DNA of 64,000 bases from Chrysomallon squamiferum (lineage: Eukaryota; Animalia; Mollusca): assembly GCA_012295275.1 (NCBI GenBank), contig CM022665.1, positions 41,788,001 through 41,852,000 on the forward strand, given 5' to 3'. Shown piece after piece: positions 40,479 to 64,000 of the stretch. How positions within the stretch are numbered: the stretch's first letter is position 1; the number at the start of each line of letters is the position of its first letter. Both the position numbers and the translations under genes were made by a program. The notes under the pieces were generated by a model that saw nothing but the letters and a program-made list of their open reading frames with translations, ran no database searches and was not told the DNA's origin.

Positions 40479-41928
40479 TGGCATTTTGCTGTGATTCTGT
40501 CATCTGACATTAATACAGTGTGAAGTTTTACATTACACGGACATACTTAACATATATCTGTTATATAACAGTATAACATATGACTGTTAATTATTTACTG
40601 TTAACATCCGCTGTATCATTTGTTATGCATTAATTTTTATTTTTAATTTTTTTTAACGCAGTGGTCTAACTTAGCAGACTAACAAGAAATCAGACTGTCA
40701 TTTTAAAAAACATGCTTTCTTAGGGTTAAAGCACACGATCTTGGGCACATTGTCCGGCGAAGATAATATTTGTGTTAATGTTAGGAAAAAAGATGAAGAA
40801 GAGGTATTGCATTATTCATATTTTTTCCCCTCTGAGTTATAACAGGGCCAGTATTCGATCCTACAACCGAGAGGTTAAAAACCTAAAGTTTAACCGTTAA
40901 GTGTTTGTGTTGCCAGATTTTGCACGGTTCTAGATAATTCTCTGTGTTACTGATTGTACTTATTACGACTTCAAGGGAAATAACTCGTTTTTTTTCACAA
41001 TTAATATAATCTAAACTTACTCTGGACAATCGAGTTTTGTTCGAATTGCCTAAACTACAATTCACAGAGTTATAGTAAATTATTAAGCTATATTTTAATA
41101 TTTTTTTATTAATTAAATTTTTTTCATCAGTGAGTTCCTGAATGCTATATTAATCAAGTGTAAAATTGTATTAACATTATTTACACTAAAAGGGATTATT
41201 ATTTCTTATTTTTAATGAAAATCTGTTTTCTAATAAACTTTTTGTAGCTCTTTTTAACAAAAATTGGAATATAATACTCGAGATGGAGAAATAAATGTTA
41301 TAAACGTCTGCGACTTTTGTCAAAAATAATTTAATAATTCTAAATATGATAAATAAATGGATTACCTTTTTTTTTGCCTTTAATTCCCTTATCTTTTATT
41401 TTTTTTTTATCCTTATGTTGAAGGATATATGATACCAGGGATTAAAAAATAGAAAGTTTTTATAGTTCTATAAAAAATTATCTAAGTTAATTTCAACAGG
41501 CTCATAGTTAAAAATGTATATTATCTTAACATGGGACAGATGTACTGTTTGTGTGCGTGCGTGAATGTGAATATATGTTTATTTTACATTTCGTTTATAC
41601 GTACTGTTTTGTAATTTACCTTTTAGCTGCAGGATTTTGAAAAGCAACATATAATCACGATAGATGGTTTGTATATTTATGGTTGTTTTTTTTCTTTTCT
41701 TTCAAAAAACCCCCAACAAATTCTTAATCTTTTTATCCTTTTTTTTATATCAAAACTTCATTATTTAACTATTTGTTTATTATTTTTAACAGCAATAAAA
41801 TTAAAAAATAAACAGACCTAGATCTATGTTTGGAGTCATTGCAACATGTTTGTTTTCAAGCTTTTGTGGCATGTCAGTGCACGAGTAAATATGTATATGT
41901 GTGTGTGTGTGTTTATATATACATATAC

Positions 41929-41977
<49 letters not shown>

Positions 41978-42666
41978 TACATACATCCATGCAAAACACA
42001 TACATACATACATACATACATATACATATATATAAATGATACTGTATACTTGATTCACAATTTATTTTTAAAGTCTGGTAAATTTAACATGATTGTGTCT
42101 ATGATCACGTTTAGAATTCAGCATACTGAATCTTCGCAAAAAGAACCCCACATATCCTCCCCCCCCCTCTATAAGATAAATTTGAATAAAACAGGATTCT
42201 AATATAGAACAGGATTTTATTATCACAGTAACATTACCACATAAACGTAAGATATTAAAATATCCAACAAAAAGATATTAATATCCAATAATAAAATAAT
42301 TTAATTAGTTATAATACACATACACTCTTTGAACAGTAAATAAAATATATATACAACACAGTATGTTATATTTAATGTACGTAACAGTTAATAATATCAA
42401 GATATTTCACGTGTTCTGAGACTAATTATTATTACACAACATGGTGCAGTGTTGTACAAGTATTATTTCATAAAGAAAATTTATGAAACCTCGTACGGTG
42501 ACAAAATATACAAGATAATTATTTTTAAATAACAAACACTCAAACGAAAGAAACGGATATGTAAATGAATGAATGAATGAATGAATGAAAAAAAAAGTGA
42601 TATTATTTGATGGTGAGAAAAAACTGGAGAAAGTTGTTAAGGATTGACAATTTTACTGAACTGCAT

Positions 42667-42714
<48 letters not shown>

Positions 42715-44180
42715 TGTGCGTGTTCGTGTGGGTGTGTGATAAAGAACACATAGTTTAATGCACAGAAAATAGTTAATAAAAATTCAAATTACAACAGCAT
42801 ACGCCTTCAATTTTCTTCGTGACTTAATTTAAAAATCTTAAAGGTATTCTCGGCTTTCTGTGTACTACTGAATCGTACAACGAGAATAAACCGTGATCAT
42901 GTCTTTTGCTGTACAGAATTCAGGTCTTAATCAACACCTTTACAAAACATTGAATTTCTAACAGCAAATCGTGAACTCTCAATAAGCGTCAAGAAAAAGG
43001 TTAAAACAGAACGTTTTTCTCTAGCCGACTGTTTATTTTTATTTGCGGAATACTTAAACCATAAGCGTCTGTAAAATGTACATTACTTTCTGGTCCACAA
43101 GACAAACTCTAAAGAACTGTTTTTTCAGAACGCCACTGTATTTTGGTTTCATTGTCATAAACTATACAATATTCGCTGTTGGTGGAGAAAAGTTAGAGCA
43201 GAGAGGTTTTGTTAGTAATTTATCTGAGGTGCGATGACAGTAAAGGTCTATCTTCTTCCTTGATGTACCCATCGGACAATTTCACGTTCTAGCTAGTGCC
43301 TCTCGTCTGATACAAAAGTAGTTAGATACCTCTTTACTGAAGATTGCAATATAAAATATATTTTATGGATATCTAAAAGTAACCTTTACTCTTCCAGTAA
43401 AGTTCTTCATCTCGTTAATTTCATTATCTTGACGCTTAATAAAAGTTTATAAAGATGGTTTTGTAATACAGTTTTAGTAATAAAATACACTTAATAATAG
43501 ACTACAATAATGATCAATGAATGATGATAATGACGAAAAAAACCCCTTTTAGTCAAGAATTAATGTATGGAATATCTCTCTGTATGTAATACACGATCAT
43601 GAGGATTCCAGTTAATTGTAAAGAACGTTATCAAATAAACATCTACATAAAAAAAACAATGTGATTTGTTACTATTTTTTATCATGCACTGCAGAGTTAC
43701 AGACACATACTGTCACTGAATCTCTGTTTAGAGCTAACTGAGATGATATAAGCCCACATCTCTGTTTCCTCTAACATACTAACACTCCCAGGGCAGACAA
43801 CTCAGTCGACAGACGTGTTCGAACCTGCAGTGGATGTAAGTACAGTTTTACACGGCTCGCCTGATCGTTTGTTCTTTACACATCGGCTTTATGATTTCTG
43901 ATACAGTCGTGCCATGGTAACCACCGCAGGATAAAGCCGATATTTAAAGACAATAAATCTGGTTCAATCCCATATGGTACAAAAATAATTAATATTAATA
44001 ATAAAAAAAAAAAAAAAAAAAAAAAAAGAAAATGAATGAAAGTACCCTATTTAAGATTACTGACACCAAGTATACTGACAATGTGTTAACAATAACAAAT
44101 TTTATATAGTTCAGATTCTTCGGTTGTTGATAAATTAGGACATTTTTAATAATAGAAATAAAAGCAAATGTGACCCAATA

Positions 44181-44263
<83 letters not shown>

Positions 44264-44791
44264 AGGAAGAAGAGAGAGAACTGTTATTTACTTAGTTATA
44301 TTTTAAAATTTAGTTTTCAGAATAAATTAATATTTTAAAAACTGTTTATACAATAAAAAGAGAACAATTTAACAGTTATAACTCAAAGAATGAAACATTA
44401 AGTAGAATGTATTGTCATGGAATAAAAATAATACATATTTTTTGTCTTAAATTAAAATAAAAAATCTAGACAATGTATATACCGCTATAATTATATTAAA
44501 ATATTACTTAAGAAAATACTTCTTGAATTTACGATAAACGTAAATTTTAGTGATCAATATAAATTAACATTTTGTGGTAAATATGTATGCAGATATACAT
44601 ATAATTTTACTAATCAAATTATTATTATTGTTATTATATATATTAAAAAACAGTGTTGACTGTTACTGAACAGGTATATAAAACAGTTTTATATTGCACA
44701 ATTTTATATATAGTGATAATAAATATATATGTTAATCCAACATAAAAAACAAAAAAAAAAAAAAAAAAATAAAATAAAATAAAACAAAATG

Positions 44792-44859
<68 letters not shown>

Positions 44860-44950
44860 CACTGTCATCGATTAATTAATCTTTTACAGGAATAAGTCAT
44901 GACATCATTTAGTTTGGAATGATGACCTAAGGGGAAAATCACGTAAAACG

Positions 44951-45046
44951 GCAACTCGTTCAACCAATCACAGACTTCCTACGACGATGGTCTTTCTTGA
45001 TTATTACGTTGAAGATGTGAAGACTGTGATTGGTTGAAACAGTTGC
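44951..45046. repeat. 28-bp inverted repeat (hairpin) in the presumed KCNK 3' UTR
   Basis: gcaactcgttcaaccaatcacagacttc ... gaagactgtgattggttgaaacagttgc, 25 of 28 positions complementary. Confidence 0.85.
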
Positions 45047-45183
45047 ACAGCCAAAATATGCTTCCGTATTATACGTCGACATTTGAGCGGAAACATTGTG
45101 TAACAATTGTATTAAATTTTCCTACGCTATTTGCGTAATGTAACTGTTGGCAACAAGCAAAAATAAACACAAGACTTATGACG

Positions 45184-63858
<18,675 letters not shown>

Positions 63859-64000
63859 TTTCACCAGACGAGTCTATTCTGTTGTCACCGGTGAGGGGGA
63901 GTAGGGAAACCTCTTAACTGAATTTTAATCAAATGCAACGTTCCACTGAAACTGTTTATTCGTTTGGTGATGTCGCTTGAACCAGAAAACATTTACAATA

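Noticed and set aside
63859-63864. ORF-track start of the channel at 63864
   Set aside because: That codon is GTG; the first in-frame ATG is at 63858, with a second at 63804.

Overview
Eukaryotic (animal) genomic DNA, AT-rich and full of microsatellites; the repeat landscape and protein style suggest an invertebrate, probably a mollusc (inference). Three intron-containing genes were reconstructed by hand from GT-AG boundaries and reading-frame continuity. (1) MNAT1/MAT1, the CDK-activating kinase assembly factor: + strand, 8 coding exons, 21238-28094, 320 aa. (2) A clan-2, CYP17-like cytochrome P450: + strand, 10 core exons, 35010-40478, about 502 aa. It has a probable extra upstream coding exon, an apparent 1-nt frameshift in a C/G homopolymer and an unusual AGINTT I-helix. 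(3) A TWIK/KCNK1-like two-pore K+ channel: - strand, 4 exons, 63858-45184, 336 aa, convergent with the P450. The first 21 kb has no recognisable coding exon. It carries several CpG-richer, TF-motif-dense islands, a promoter-like left edge and a ~470-bp inverted duplication bracketing one island. The most unusual signal is in the MNAT1 introns, where local tandem duplications copied splice sites: a ladder of decoy acceptors before exon 5, an in-frame 30-nt duplicate microexon candidate after it, and a 50-bp array of AG-9nt-GT units in intron 7. Most short ORFs in the supplied track are microsatellite or antisense artefacts. No database searches were run; family calls rest on recalled motifs.
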